Of a stretch of DNA of 64,000 nucleotides, positions 47,081 through 57,067 are shown in pieces. The stretch lies in assembly GCA_963831235.1 (NCBI GenBank), contig CAWHPS010000047.1, positions 2,306-66,305 of the forward strand, written 5' to 3'. The notes under the pieces were generated by a model. The model worked only from the letters and a program-made list of their open reading frames with translations, was not told the DNA's origin and ran no database searches. The stretch is from an uncultured Fibrobacterota bacterium (GTDB taxonomy: Bacteria; Fibrobacterota; OXYB2-FULL-49-7; JAEUSG01). The translations under genes and the position numbers were made by a program. Within the stretch, counting starts at the first letter, position 1, and the number at the start of each line of letters is the position of its first letter.

Positions 47081-47393
47081 CAGGACTCTCCTTCTTTGAT
47101 TAAGTATGTGGCTTTTTATTTCTATACGATTTTTATGCTTTTCTTATGTTGATTTTTACCAATTCTTTTTTAAATTCCGACGCCGTTACGCATTGTGTTT
47201 TTTAGTTACGTGATCCGAGGCGCCGGTCTTTGTGGTATATTTTAGCCATCGAATACGCATGCCTTAAATCCGGTGCCGTTACGTTTTGTGCCTTTTTAGT
47301 TAAGTTTATCTTGGCGCCGGATTTCGTCCCAATCTCTTCATTCCGAACACCAAATCAATTATGGTTCACTTGTTGGACTGCTCCGCTATTTCC

Positions 47394-47437
47394 GGCACAA
47401 CGGCCAATTGGAATTGATCTAATCAATTCCAATTGGC
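47394..47437 (-). other. attI recombination site (R'-type box plus 16-bp perfect palindrome)
   Basis: GGCACAAC (47394-47401) marks the point where cassette-leader homology ends. It is followed by GCCAATTGGAATTGAT-cta-ATCAATTCCAATTGGC (47403-47437), about 100 nt upstream of intI. Confidence 0.65.
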
Positions 47438-47536
47438 AGAATATTCTATAAATTTTCGGGATAAATTATGCAGTTTTTATAATCTAATCCCATATAAAGG
47501 CACTTATACAGATCAACTTTAATTAAAGGGGTATTT

Positions 47537-48841
47537 ATGCAAATCAAAGAACAGATTCTTGTTCAATACGATCAATTCCTTGAAAAAGAAGGAATTCATC
47601 AAACCAATCGCCCCTTTTTCAGATATTGGCTAGCCCACTACTTGGATATTTGTCAGCGCCACAATACAAAACCTGACAATTATGGGAGCATTAACCCATT
47701 TATTCAAAGTTTGATAAAAATGGGGACGCCCCAATTTCAAGTTACCCAAGCACAGAAAGCTGCCGAATGGTATTGTAAAAACGCCTCGTGTCTTACGAAC
47801 ACTGATTATAAATTAAATAATCTAGAAGCACATAAGTCAAGTGAAAAAGCTAATGATTTTGATACTACTTTTAAGACAACAAACAAATGGGAGGAAGCAC
47901 TTAATCTTTTAAAGCAATCCATTAAGATAAGGCATTATTCAGGACGCACACTTGAAATCTATACTTACTGGACTCAAAAACTGGGGCGTTTTGCAAAAAA
48001 GGCCGACCCTTTTGAGCTTGTTTCAGATGATGCTCAGCAATATTTGACTTGGCTCGCTATGGAGAAAAAAGTAAGCAGTGCCACGCAAAACCAGGCGTTC
48101 AACGCGCTCCTTTTCTTTTACAAGAACGTATTAAAAAAGGAATATAAGATACTGTCAACCACTCCACGAGGAAAGACAACTCAAAATGCGCCTAATGTCC
48201 TGTCCCGCGAAGAAGTTCAACGACTATTTAGCAAGATGATCTATCCATACAAACTCGTTGCACAACTGATGTATGGTTGCGGTCTAAGATTGAGTGAGGT
48301 GTCAACAATAAGGGTCAAAGATATTGACTTTGATCAAAAAAAGTTGTGTGTGCGCAAAGGTAAAGGTAGAAAAGACAGAATACTTCCACTCCCCGAAAAA
48401 ATACTGGATGAGCTCAAAGCTCACATGAAAAGAGTCATGACACTATATGAATTTGACCTCAAGGAAGGATTTGATGGCGTATTCATGCCTGAAGAGTCTG
48501 AAGCAAAATTCAAGGGGAGAGCCCGCGATATTGCCTGGTACTGGTTTTTTCCGGCAAAAGGACTTACTAATCTCAAAGACAGCAATGAAATTAGACGCTA
48601 TCATCTACATGAAACAAATATTTACACAGCAATCAGGGAGGCTGCTAATTTAAGCTGCATCACCAAGCGCGTATCTCCGCATACATTACGCCACAGTTTT
48701 GCAACACATCTTCTACGGGCTGGACATGATATTCGGACGCTTCAGGAACTGCTGGGGCACAGTGATGTCCGTACCACAATGATCTATACACATACCCTGG
48801 AGAGTGATCCAAAACCTCTTAAAAGCCCCTTGGATATGTGA
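47537..48841 (+). CDS. intI: integron integrase IntI (tyrosine recombinase) with an N-terminal extension
   Basis: HTLRHSFATHLLRAGHDIRTLQELLGHSDVRTTMIYTH catalytic region. The IntI-specific insertion EAKFKGRARDIAWYWFFPA is comparable to [20 protein letters not shown] of IntI1. Adjacent to attI and the attC array. Confidence 0.9.
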   Translation: MQIKEQILVQYDQFLEKEGIHQTNRPFFRYWLAHYLDICQRHNTKPDNYGSINPFIQSLIKMGTPQFQVTQAQKAAEWYCKNASCLTNTDYKLNNLEAHKSSEKANDFDTTFKTTNKWEEALNLLKQSIKIRHYSGRTLEIYTYWTQKLGRFAKKADPFELVSDDAQQYLTWLAMEKKVSSATQNQAFNALLFFYKNVLKKEYKILSTTPRGKTTQNAPNVLSREEVQRLFSKMIYPYKLVAQLMYGCGLRLSEVSTIRVKDIDFDQKKLCVRKGKGRKDRILPLPEKILDELKAHMKRVMTLYEFDLKEGFDGVFMPEESEAKFKGRARDIAWYWFFPAKGLTNLKDSNEIRRYHLHETNIYTAIREAANLSCITKRVSPHTLRHSFATHLLRAGHDIRTLQELLGHSDVRTTMIYTHTLESDPKPLKSPLDM

Positions 48842-48951
48842 AATATTTTTTGAATAGAACGTCCAGAGATCACAAACATTGCCCTCTTACTGAATATGAT
48901 TTTATCTTTTTATTACCCTAAGAAACTTTACCACATTAAGGAATTATAAAA

Positions 48952-50388
48952 ATGAAAAAGTCAATATACGAAAGCCCTCTTATTTCACGTTACGCATCAC
49001 AGGAAATGCTTGGTCTCTTTTCGCCGGACTTCAAGTTTACCACATGGCGTAAACTCTGGATTGCTCTTGCCGAGGCGGAAAAAGAGCTCGGTCTTAAAAT
49101 TACAAAAGCACAAATTAGCGAGATGAAGCATTACGTTAATGACATCAATTACAGTGTGGCGGAAAAACAGGAAGCTAAAACAAGACACGATGTGATGTCT
49201 CATGTACATGCATTCGGGAAGCAGTGCAAGAAAGCGGCTGGTATAATCCATCTTGGCGCAACCAGCGCCTATGTTGGCGACAACACGGATCTTATACAGA
49301 TGAAGGAGGGATTGCTTCTTGTAAAGTCCAGACTTCTAAATGTTGTCGATCTCCTTTCACAATTCGCTTTAAAGTACAGGGGAGAACCAACCCTTGCATT
49401 CACCCATTTTCAGCCGGCCCAATTGACAACGGTTGGCAAACGAGCTACACTTTGGATTCAGGATATGCTCCAGGATCTCTCTGACCTGGATCATCAGCTA
49501 AATGAACTGCGTTTTCTTGGGGTGAAAGGTACAACCGGCACACAGGCAAGCTTCCTCGAACTTTTCGAAAACAACCATGCGAAGGTAAAAAAGCTTGATG
49601 AAATCGTTACCAGGAAAATGGGGTTTGACAAAGCGTATGCTGTTGCAGGACAGACCTACCCGCGCAAAGTGGATGCGCGTATTCTTTCCGTGCTTTCCGG
49701 ATTGGCCCAGTCGGCACACAAGATGACAAATGATATCAGGCTGTTGCAGAATTTAAAAGAGGTCGAGGAGCCTTTTGGGAAAAAACAGATTGGTTCATCC
49801 GCAATGGCGTATAAGCGCAATCCTATGAAATGTGAGAGGGTTGCCTCACTTTCAAGGCTTATAATGGCGTTTTGTCACTCTGTTGAACACACTGCAGCCA
49901 CCCAATGGTTCGAACGTACGTTGGACGATTCAGCAAACAAACGCATTGCTGTAGCAGAGGCTTTTCTTGCTGCGGATGCGGTACTTCTGATACTGACAGA
50001 CATTTCTTCGGGCCTTACTGTATATCCTAAAATGATTAAACGCCGTCTGGAGCTTGAACTTCCTTTCATGGCAACCGAAAACATCCTAATGGAGGCTGTA
50101 AAAAAAGGGGGCGACCGCCAGGTATTACACGAGAAAATTCGGGAGTATTCAATGGAGGCCGGACGCAACATCAAGGAATCAGGGCTTGACAATAACCTTC
50201 TCGACCTGATTGCCAAAGACCCTGCCTTTAATCTTGATGTCAACAAACTCAAATGTGTATTGAAACCTGAAAACTATATTGGAAGGGCAAAGGAACAGGT
50301 TGAGGAATATTTGAAGTCCGAAGTAAGGCCGTATCTCATGAAAAACAAAAATCTTATAAGATCGGATTCCGTTAAGCTTAAGGTTTGA
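48952..50388 (+). CDS. purB: adenylosuccinate lyase
   Basis: 478 aa with fumarate-lyase superfamily motifs (GSSAMAYKRNP) and a typical PurB N-terminus (SPLISRYASQEM). Confidence 0.9.
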   Translation: MKKSIYESPLISRYASQEMLGLFSPDFKFTTWRKLWIALAEAEKELGLKITKAQISEMKHYVNDINYSVAEKQEAKTRHDVMSHVHAFGKQCKKAAGIIHLGATSAYVGDNTDLIQMKEGLLLVKSRLLNVVDLLSQFALKYRGEPTLAFTHFQPAQLTTVGKRATLWIQDMLQDLSDLDHQLNELRFLGVKGTTGTQASFLELFENNHAKVKKLDEIVTRKMGFDKAYAVAGQTYPRKVDARILSVLSGLAQSAHKMTNDIRLLQNLKEVEEPFGKKQIGSSAMAYKRNPMKCERVASLSRLIMAFCHSVEHTAATQWFERTLDDSANKRIAVAEAFLAADAVLLILTDISSGLTVYPKMIKRRLELELPFMATENILMEAVKKGGDRQVLHEKIREYSMEAGRNIKESGLDNNLLDLIAKDPAFNLDVNKLKCVLKPENYIGRAKEQVEEYLKSEVRPYLMKNKNLIRSDSVKLKV

Positions 50389-50441
50389 TTTGATTTTAGC
50401 ACCTTGACTCATTTTCATTTGAATAATTATACTAGTCATAT

Positions 50442-50672
50442 ATGAGTTTGTTCTACACATTTATTATATTATTCCTAATTGTGCTCTCGCTCTTTTTAGG
50501 ACAGATTGCGATTCAATTCATAAAACTCGAACGCAAGGTTGAAGCCGCTACGGAGACCCTTGAAGAAGAATTAATCGATGTGTTCGGGTTGCAGCCCGGG
50601 AACGTAAATGAGGCAAAGAAACCCATAGAGGTCCAACCCGAAGTAAAACCTGTAAAAAAAGCCGGTAAATAA
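50442..50672 (+). CDS. small membrane protein, hypothetical
   Basis: 76-aa ORF with one N-terminal TM helix and a Lys/Glu-rich tail. Confidence 0.35.
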   Translation: MSLFYTFIILFLIVLSLFLGQIAIQFIKLERKVEAATETLEEELIDVFGLQPGNVNEAKKPIEVQPEVKPVKKAGK

Positions 50673-50687
50673 AATCCCATAAAACTG

Positions 50688-50716
50688 TTGACAATAAAAT
50701 CAGAAAGAATTATAAT
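50688..50716 (+). promoter_or_regulatory. consensus sigma-70 promoter upstream of rho
   Basis: TTGACA (50688-50693), 17-nt spacer, TATAAT (50711-50716). About 180 nt upstream of the rho start. Confidence 0.6.
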
Positions 50717-50897
50717 ATTAACATAACGGCATAAGACCTGCTCTAAGTAACTAAACCCATAATCCCAGCGACAATCTTAAAAATCAAGAGAATGTAAACT
50801 ATCTTCATTCAAATATTTTAAACCATGCGGATGGCTAATAGGGAATTCTCCCAATCCGTCCGTAAAATTAAAGTCCCAACAAAAGGAAGTCTTTTTT

Positions 50898-52316
50898 ATG
50901 ACACAATCCAGAAGCCGAAACAACAGAACCGACGAACGAATCGACAGGTCCGAAGAACTCGACGCCTTCGATGAACGCACTGCACGCGCTGTAAAGGAAA
51001 ACGCATCCGAAGGTCAACCCGAAAACATCGACAAAGACCTGATTACAAACAACAAAGACGGCGACTACCTGAACCTTACTGACCTTAAAAACAAGAGCAT
51101 GGAGGAGCTTTTCTCCCTTGCTCACGGCCTCGACATTCAAGACGGCCGTGCCATGAAAAAGCAGTCCCTGATTTACAAAATCCTTGAACTTCAATCCGCA
51201 AAAAACGGTCAAATCCGCGCTGAAGGCGTTCTTGAGATCATGCCAGACAGCTTCGGGTTCCTGCGTTCACCGGATCACGACTACCTTGCCGGTTCCGACG
51301 ACATCTATGTTTCACCATCCCAGATCAAGCGTTTTAACCTAAGGACAGGCGACACTGTTGCAGGGTTAATCCGTCCTCCCAAGGAGCCTGAAAGATACTT
51401 CGCGCTCCTCCGCGTGGAGCATATCAACTACGAAGACCCCGAAGAGTGCAAAAAGAAAATCTCTTTTGACGCGCTTACGCCCCTGTTTCCAAACCAGAGG
51501 ATTTGCCTCGAATTCAAAACCAATGAACTATCAACCAGAATTATGCATCTTCTTACCCCTCTTGGCAAGGGACAACGCGCATTAATAGTGGCCCCTCCGC
51601 GCGCAGGAAAGACCGTCCTTCTCCAGAACATCGCTAACGCAATCACAAGCAACCACAAAGACATCAAACTAATGGTACTTCTTATTGATGAACGGCCCGA
51701 AGAAGTCACGGAATTCCGTCGCCAAACCCACGCCGAGGTGATTGCATCCACATTTGATGAGCCGCCGGAGCGTCATACTCAGATAGCTGAAATTGTAATT
51801 GAAAGGGCTAAGCGCCTTGTTGAACACAAGTTTGATGTGGTAATCCTGCTTGACTCAATTACAAGACTTGCACGGGCATACAACAACGTTGTTCCTCACA
51901 GCGGTAAAATTTTATCCGGCGGTGTTGATTCAACAGCCCTGCAAAAGCCCAAACGCTTTTTCGGCGCAGCTCGAAACATAGAAAACGGCGGCAGCCTTAC
52001 AATTATCGGCACAGGCTTAATTGAAACCGGTTCCCGGATGGACGAGGTTATTTTCGAGGAGTTCAAAGGAACCGGCAACATGGAGCTTGTGCTTGATCGT
52101 ACAATTAGCAACCGTCGGGTTTATCCTGCTATCGACATCAACAAAAGCGGGACCAGAAAGGAAGAGCGGCTTTTGACCGAAGAAGAGGTCAACCGTGTGT
52201 TTATCCTGCGAAAATACATGCAGGACCTTACTCCTCTTGAATGCATGGAATTTCTGATTGATCGAATGGGATCAACAAAGAGCAACAAGGAATTCCTTGC
52301 GTCGATGAACAAATAA
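50898..52316 (+). CDS. rho: transcription termination factor Rho
   Basis: [31 protein letters not shown] Walker A and RNA-binding domain motifs. N-terminal acidic extension. Confidence 0.95.
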   Translation: MTQSRSRNNRTDERIDRSEELDAFDERTARAVKENASEGQPENIDKDLITNNKDGDYLNLTDLKNKSMEELFSLAHGLDIQDGRAMKKQSLIYKILELQSAKNGQIRAEGVLEIMPDSFGFLRSPDHDYLAGSDDIYVSPSQIKRFNLRTGDTVAGLIRPPKEPERYFALLRVEHINYEDPEECKKKISFDALTPLFPNQRICLEFKTNELSTRIMHLLTPLGKGQRALIVAPPRAGKTVLLQNIANAITSNHKDIKLMVLLIDERPEEVTEFRRQTHAEVIASTFDEPPERHTQIAEIVIERAKRLVEHKFDVVILLDSITRLARAYNNVVPHSGKILSGGVDSTALQKPKRFFGAARNIENGGSLTIIGTGLIETGSRMDEVIFEEFKGTGNMELVLDRTISNRRVYPAIDINKSGTRKEERLLTEEEVNRVFILRKYMQDLTPLECMEFLIDRMGSTKSNKEFLASMNK

Positions 52317-53113
52317 TGGACCTTTCAACCAAGACGATATTATTTATCGGCACGGGTAACATGGGTTCCGCGCTTATAATGGGTCTTCAGAAAACCCGAA
52401 CAGGCAAAATACTGCTGCATGATATTGACAAGGAAAAGGCCCGTGCACTTGCTCAAAAAACCGGCGCAGAGGAATGTCTTGATCTTAAAACAGGCATGGC
52501 TTTGGCGGATATTGTTGTCCTTGCAATAAAACCCCAATCCCTTGATGGTTTTCTTTTAACAGCAGCGCCATTATTCCGGAGCGATCAGACATTAATCTCC
52601 ATTCTGGCGGGCATAAACACTCAAAAGCTGACAAATGAAATCCCATCAAAACCATCAATGGTCCGTGCCATGCCGAATACCCCGGCACTTGTGTCACAGG
52701 GAATGACGGCAATATGCGGCAAAGAGAGTGCATCACTCAATATAGCAGAAAAAATCTTTTTAAATGTTGGGGAAGTACTGATTGTTGATGAAGAATCCAT
52801 GGATTCCATAACAGCAGTATCAGGTTCAGGACCTGCATATCTTTTCTATTTTACCGAATGTTTAATTGAAGCTGCCAAGGCACAGGGTTTTAATGAAGAT
52901 ACTTCAAAAAAGCTGGTCTATAAGACTTTGAGCGGCTCATTATCTCTTCTTTTGCAAAGTAATGAAGCACCCGAAAGTCTCCGCCAAAAAGTCACATCAA
53001 AGGGCGGAACAACTGAGGCAGCGCTTAACATGTTCGAGAAACTCGGGTTCAAAGACATTTTAATCAGGAGCGTTTCAGCTGCAAGAGAGCGCTCCAAACA
53101 GATGGGCAAATGA
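52316..53113 (+). CDS. proC: pyrroline-5-carboxylate reductase
   Basis: IGTGNMGSALI, MPNTPALVSQGMTA, SGSGPAY and KGGTTEAAL motifs. Confidence 0.9.
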   Translation: MDLSTKTILFIGTGNMGSALIMGLQKTRTGKILLHDIDKEKARALAQKTGAEECLDLKTGMALADIVVLAIKPQSLDGFLLTAAPLFRSDQTLISILAGINTQKLTNEIPSKPSMVRAMPNTPALVSQGMTAICGKESASLNIAEKIFLNVGEVLIVDEESMDSITAVSGSGPAYLFYFTECLIEAAKAQGFNEDTSKKLVYKTLSGSLSLLLQSNEAPESLRQKVTSKGGTTEAALNMFEKLGFKDILIRSVSAARERSKQMGK

Positions 53114-53709
53114 TTTTAATAATCGACTTCGGGGCCGGAAACCTGCGTTCCGTCCAAAAGGCCTTTGAACTTTTTAATAGCGATGTGAGAGTATCTTCGG
53201 ACCCACTGCTTATTGCAAAAGCCGACCGTCTTGTGCTTCCGGGTGTTGCGGCATTTGGAGACAGCATAAAAAATATAGAGGAGCTAAAGCTTAAGGAACC
53301 CATTCTTGAATTTGTTTCAAAGGGCCGTCCGTTTATAGGAATATGCATAGGCATGCAGCTTTTACTCACTCAGAGCTCGGAAAAGGGTGACCATAAAGGG
53401 TTAAATATCATACCCGGTAGGGTCCTGAAATTTCCTGATACCGGCAAGGTCCCGCAAATAGGCTGGAACCAGGTAAGGATCAAAAATGAGAGCTCGCTTT
53501 TCAAAGATATCCCGGACAATACCTATTATTACTTCGTACATTCCTATTACGTGAATCCGGATTCAGAAGACTGCATTGCCGGGCTTACTGACTACAGCGT
53601 ATCCTACACCAGCGTTATTGCCAAAGAGAATGTTTTCGGGGTGCAATTTCACCCGGAAAAAAGCCAGAAGGCCGGGCTTAAAATAATTGATAATTTCTGC
53701 AAGCTTTGA
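53110..53709 (+). CDS. hisH: imidazole glycerol phosphate synthase, glutamine amidotransferase subunit
   Basis: IIDFGAGNLRSVQKAFE, GICIGMQLL and VQFHPEKS motifs. Confidence 0.9.
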   Translation: MILIIDFGAGNLRSVQKAFELFNSDVRVSSDPLLIAKADRLVLPGVAAFGDSIKNIEELKLKEPILEFVSKGRPFIGICIGMQLLLTQSSEKGDHKGLNIIPGRVLKFPDTGKVPQIGWNQVRIKNESSLFKDIPDNTYYYFVHSYYVNPDSEDCIAGLTDYSVSYTSVIAKENVFGVQFHPEKSQKAGLKIIDNFCKL

Positions 53710-53793
53710 ATGATAATCCTTTCGATTTTGCAGTTCAAGAATGATGTGGGACATAATATTTTTCCTTGAATTTGGATCTTTTAAGGGGCTATC

Positions 53794-55350
53794 TTGTTAT
53801 CATCAAGATTAATTAATAGTTGGAGATATTTTATTATGCAAACGTTTTTATCAGGCATCCTAATCCTGATTACAGGGCTGCTTTTAAGTTGTGTTAAAGT
53901 TCCTCACCACACCAACCCCTATGATCCTGCCACACCCAACGATGAACCACGACCCCTTATATCCCGCCCTGATTCCATAATTGTCGGTGTCACCTCAAAA
54001 AGCATTGATTTGCAGTGGCCTCTCGCCAATGAAATTGACGAGAAAGATTTTGATGCGTATGTTATTTCTCGCAAAAAGGAGGGCGACGCAGAGTTTACGA
54101 TCATGGATCAGGTCACCTCGCTGGTGCGCAATTCGTATAGTGATCGGTCCATAAGCTCAAACACGACTTATTTATACGAGGTTTATGTAAGAGACAAAGG
54201 AGGCAAGCAATCAGCGCCATTGCAGGTCACCATCCGTTCAGCCCCGGCCTTTGCCCCGCTCGGGCAGCTTCCGGGTTTTATGGTGTCACAATCTGCGGCA
54301 AATTGCAGCCGCCGTCTGCGAAAAGTTGGAAACAGCCAGGATTCAGTGCATACGCTATTTGTTCTTGGCACCAGTGAAAAGTCAACTCCAATGATCTCTT
54401 ATCTTGACTTCAAACAAAGATTGGATACCGGAAGCATTTCTTTTATGAATCTTAACAGTTTCTTTTTAGATGGTGTTGCTCCAGGTACGCCGATAAAGCC
54501 ATATACTGTAAATGGTATTACCCCGCTCGAAAACTCAATTTTCAAAAAAATCATGTCCCGTCGGGATCCTGTTTTATATGCAAGCGACTCCAACCCTCTT
54601 GGTAAAGCCATTGCTTCGGAAGATGTGCTCTACCACAAAATCAAATATGGGGCCATCTGCGCTTCACCTTACGGTGACACTGTTTTTATCAGCCTGGTTG
54701 ATTTTTTCCAGCTCAAACTCAAACCCGGGCGACCCATGCAACTCGGATTTGCCGGTATTTTAAGATATGTTTTATTGTCGCAACAGTTTCGGTACGACAC
54801 CTTATTGGAATTGCCTATAGGTGATTCTCTTATACGCGACGACCACTACATCTCCGCTCTTGAGACCTCGGATGTGGAACCCGCTCTTTATTTGGCTGGC
54901 CCGGGAATCAACCAACAATCTTTGATATTCAAATGGAATTATATTACAGGCGAGCGTGTCAACTATGGTCAGGTAATTGACCCCGAACATGTCACCATTC
55001 GTGTTGTCAGGATTTCCGGCAATGAGGCGATTGTCTTAAGTACCTACAACGACATCAGGCTGATTACAGGATCTTCGTACATATCTTTTTCGCCGAATGG
55101 ATATTTTTCAAATATCAACCGATTTGCTTTTGGCAGCGATAATTTACTGTACGTTACGGATGCGGGGAATACCGGAATAAGCGTTATTGATATTGAAGGT
55201 ATTGCTGATTCAAGGAAGCCCTCACTTGTTTCGAAATGGACGACCTTTGGAAACAGGACGCTAAACCTTGGAATAAATGATTATCTCTTTGCACTTGGAT
55301 CAATGGTCGTCTTCACCATGGATGGATCGACAATTTGGAGAACATATTGA
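53794..55350 (+). CDS. hypothetical lipoprotein with an Fn3-like domain and a beta-propeller-like C-terminal region
   Basis: 518-aa ORF. The likely true start is at 53836 (MQTFLSGILILITGLLLSC lipobox). Confidence 0.5.
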   Translation: MLSSRLINSWRYFIMQTFLSGILILITGLLLSCVKVPHHTNPYDPATPNDEPRPLISRPDSIIVGVTSKSIDLQWPLANEIDEKDFDAYVISRKKEGDAEFTIMDQVTSLVRNSYSDRSISSNTTYLYEVYVRDKGGKQSAPLQVTIRSAPAFAPLGQLPGFMVSQSAANCSRRLRKVGNSQDSVHTLFVLGTSEKSTPMISYLDFKQRLDTGSISFMNLNSFFLDGVAPGTPIKPYTVNGITPLENSIFKKIMSRRDPVLYASDSNPLGKAIASEDVLYHKIKYGAICASPYGDTVFISLVDFFQLKLKPGRPMQLGFAGILRYVLLSQQFRYDTLLELPIGDSLIRDDHYISALETSDVEPALYLAGPGINQQSLIFKWNYITGERVNYGQVIDPEHVTIRVVRISGNEAIVLSTYNDIRLITGSSYISFSPNGYFSNINRFAFGSDNLLYVTDAGNTGISVIDIEGIADSRKPSLVSKWTTFGNRTLNLGINDYLFALGSMVVFTMDGSTIWRTY

Positions 55351-56303
55351 TGCGTTTCACTTATATATTTCGATGTGGTATTCTGGCAATGCTCCTTGCT
55401 TGTTCGACACAGGCAGCTAACAGCTCTCCTGTGCAGGATGTTGTTCGCAGCAAGGTCGGATCGCTTGTTACCATACTTACAGCCCCACTCGATTCATCAC
55501 ATGGGACACTGACAGTTGCAATCGCCGACTTTTCCACAGCAGAAGGGGCGGCCCGCACAAGACAACTTGGCAAAGCGCTTCCTATCCTGGTACAGGAAGT
55601 ATTGACAACTCGCTCATACATAAAAATTGTGGAACGGGAAAAGATAGAATCAGTCTCCAAGGAGATTGCGCTGGGCCAGAGCGGGCTCATAGACGAGGCC
55701 ACAGCACAGGAAGCAGGCAGGCTTGTGGGAGCACGTTACATTATCACCGGCAGCGTTGCAGAACTTGGGGCATACTTTGTTGTGAGCGGAAGGATCATTG
55801 ATGTTACAACCGGCTTTGTCGCGGCAAGCGCTCTTGAGGAGATTGGCCGCGAAAACCTGATTGCCGTATCCAGTAAATATGTAGTTGTTAAACGATACGC
55901 CCTTGTGCCGGCTTTTCAATCAGCAATCATTCCAGGATGGGGACAGTTTTACAATGACGAACCCGGCAAGGGTATATTTTTTGCCAGTATGGCTGCTGTG
56001 GGTGCAGCCGGATTAGGGCTTTCTTATCTTGCCTACCAGGGCAATACATATAACCAGGCGGATAACCGTGAATATGCGGAAAACCAATACAAGCAGTGGA
56101 AGCGTCTATATTACATCCATATGGGATCCATTGCGTGGTGTGCAACCGTATGGGGTATTGCGGTTATTGATGCATTCTTAACAGCACATTCAAGTCTTTC
56201 CGTTCCTAATGAACAAGTAACGATTAACAGAGGCAAAATAACCCCGATAATAGCTTATTCCCCATACGGGACGGTAAAAGCAGGTGTTACAGTCGGATTT
56301 TAA
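55350..56303 (+). CDS. CsgG/LpoB-like lipoprotein domain fused to a C-terminal membrane domain
   Basis: ATG at 55350 overlaps the upstream stop (TGATG). Lipobox LLAC. IADFS...ARYIITGSV pattern, plus a C-terminal IIPGWGQFYN TM region. Confidence 0.5.
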   Translation: MRFTYIFRCGILAMLLACSTQAANSSPVQDVVRSKVGSLVTILTAPLDSSHGTLTVAIADFSTAEGAARTRQLGKALPILVQEVLTTRSYIKIVEREKIESVSKEIALGQSGLIDEATAQEAGRLVGARYIITGSVAELGAYFVVSGRIIDVTTGFVAASALEEIGRENLIAVSSKYVVVKRYALVPAFQSAIIPGWGQFYNDEPGKGIFFASMAAVGAAGLGLSYLAYQGNTYNQADNREYAENQYKQWKRLYYIHMGSIAWCATVWGIAVIDAFLTAHSSLSVPNEQVTINRGKITPIIAYSPYGTVKAGVTVGF

Positions 56304-56330
56304 AAAAACATTTTTTTTGGAGGCGCGGAA

Positions 56331-57065
56331 ATGAGCATCAGGTTATTAATTCTACTGCCGATTCTTTTTTTATTTTTAAAGGCAAATTCAGAAAATATCG
56401 TGCCTTTAATAAAAGAAGGCGACCCAGCACCAACATTCATGCTTCCCACGCTGGACGACAAGCGGGTTTCTTTGCGGGATTACTGCGGTGTAATCCGGAA
56501 CCAATGGAAAAACAATAAAAGATATATCGTTATAGTAAGTTTTATGGCAAGCTATTGTGTACCGTGCCGTCACGAAATTCCCCTACTCGAGGCCTATGCA
56601 AAAACAGCCGAAGAGGACGTCAAAGTAATTTTCATAAGTGTCGATACAATCGGGGCCGAACAGCTTGCACCTTTTGTGCAAAAAATGAACATCACCCAGA
56701 CGCTGCTCGTTGACCGTTACGGCGGGATAATGAAAAAATACGGTGTTCAAAAGCTGCCCTCTCTTTTTATAATCGACAAGGATGGTTATCTTCGTTTCCA
56801 GAACCTTAACGGCCTGCCTGCTGATGTTGATCTTAAGGAAATGCTTTCTAAAAAAGTGGCGCAAATACGCGCCCAGTCCGCAGCTTCGGCAAACATTGTT
56901 ACGGCAATACCTGTTGACAAAAAAAAGGCAATATTAAAAAGCATTCTTTCATCAAAGAGCGCCGAGGAAATAGCCCGCGAACAAGGACTGACTCAGGAAG
57001 ATGCCGGCCGCGTTAAAGATGAGATTGATGTAATTGTAAAAGAACGCTGGAGCGCGGAACAATAG
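56331..57065 (+). CDS. TlpA/redoxin-family thiol-disulfide oxidoreductase
   Basis: SFMASYCVPCRHEIPLL CxxC motif in a thioredoxin-like context. Signal peptide present. Confidence 0.7.
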   Translation: MSIRLLILLPILFLFLKANSENIVPLIKEGDPAPTFMLPTLDDKRVSLRDYCGVIRNQWKNNKRYIVIVSFMASYCVPCRHEIPLLEAYAKTAEEDVKVIFISVDTIGAEQLAPFVQKMNITQTLLVDRYGGIMKKYGVQKLPSLFIIDKDGYLRFQNLNGLPADVDLKEMLSKKVAQIRAQSAASANIVTAIPVDKKKAILKSILSSKSAEEIAREQGLTQEDAGRVKDEIDVIVKERWSAEQ

Positions 57066-57067
57066 AC

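Noticed and set aside
24560-47400. Regularly spaced repeats considered as a possible CRISPR array.
   Set aside because: The repeats are ~125-130-bp imperfect palindromes with RYYYAAC/GTTRRRY ends. They are separated by 350-3200 bp of gene-containing DNA, next to a tyrosine recombinase gene and with no cas genes. This is an integron, not a CRISPR array.
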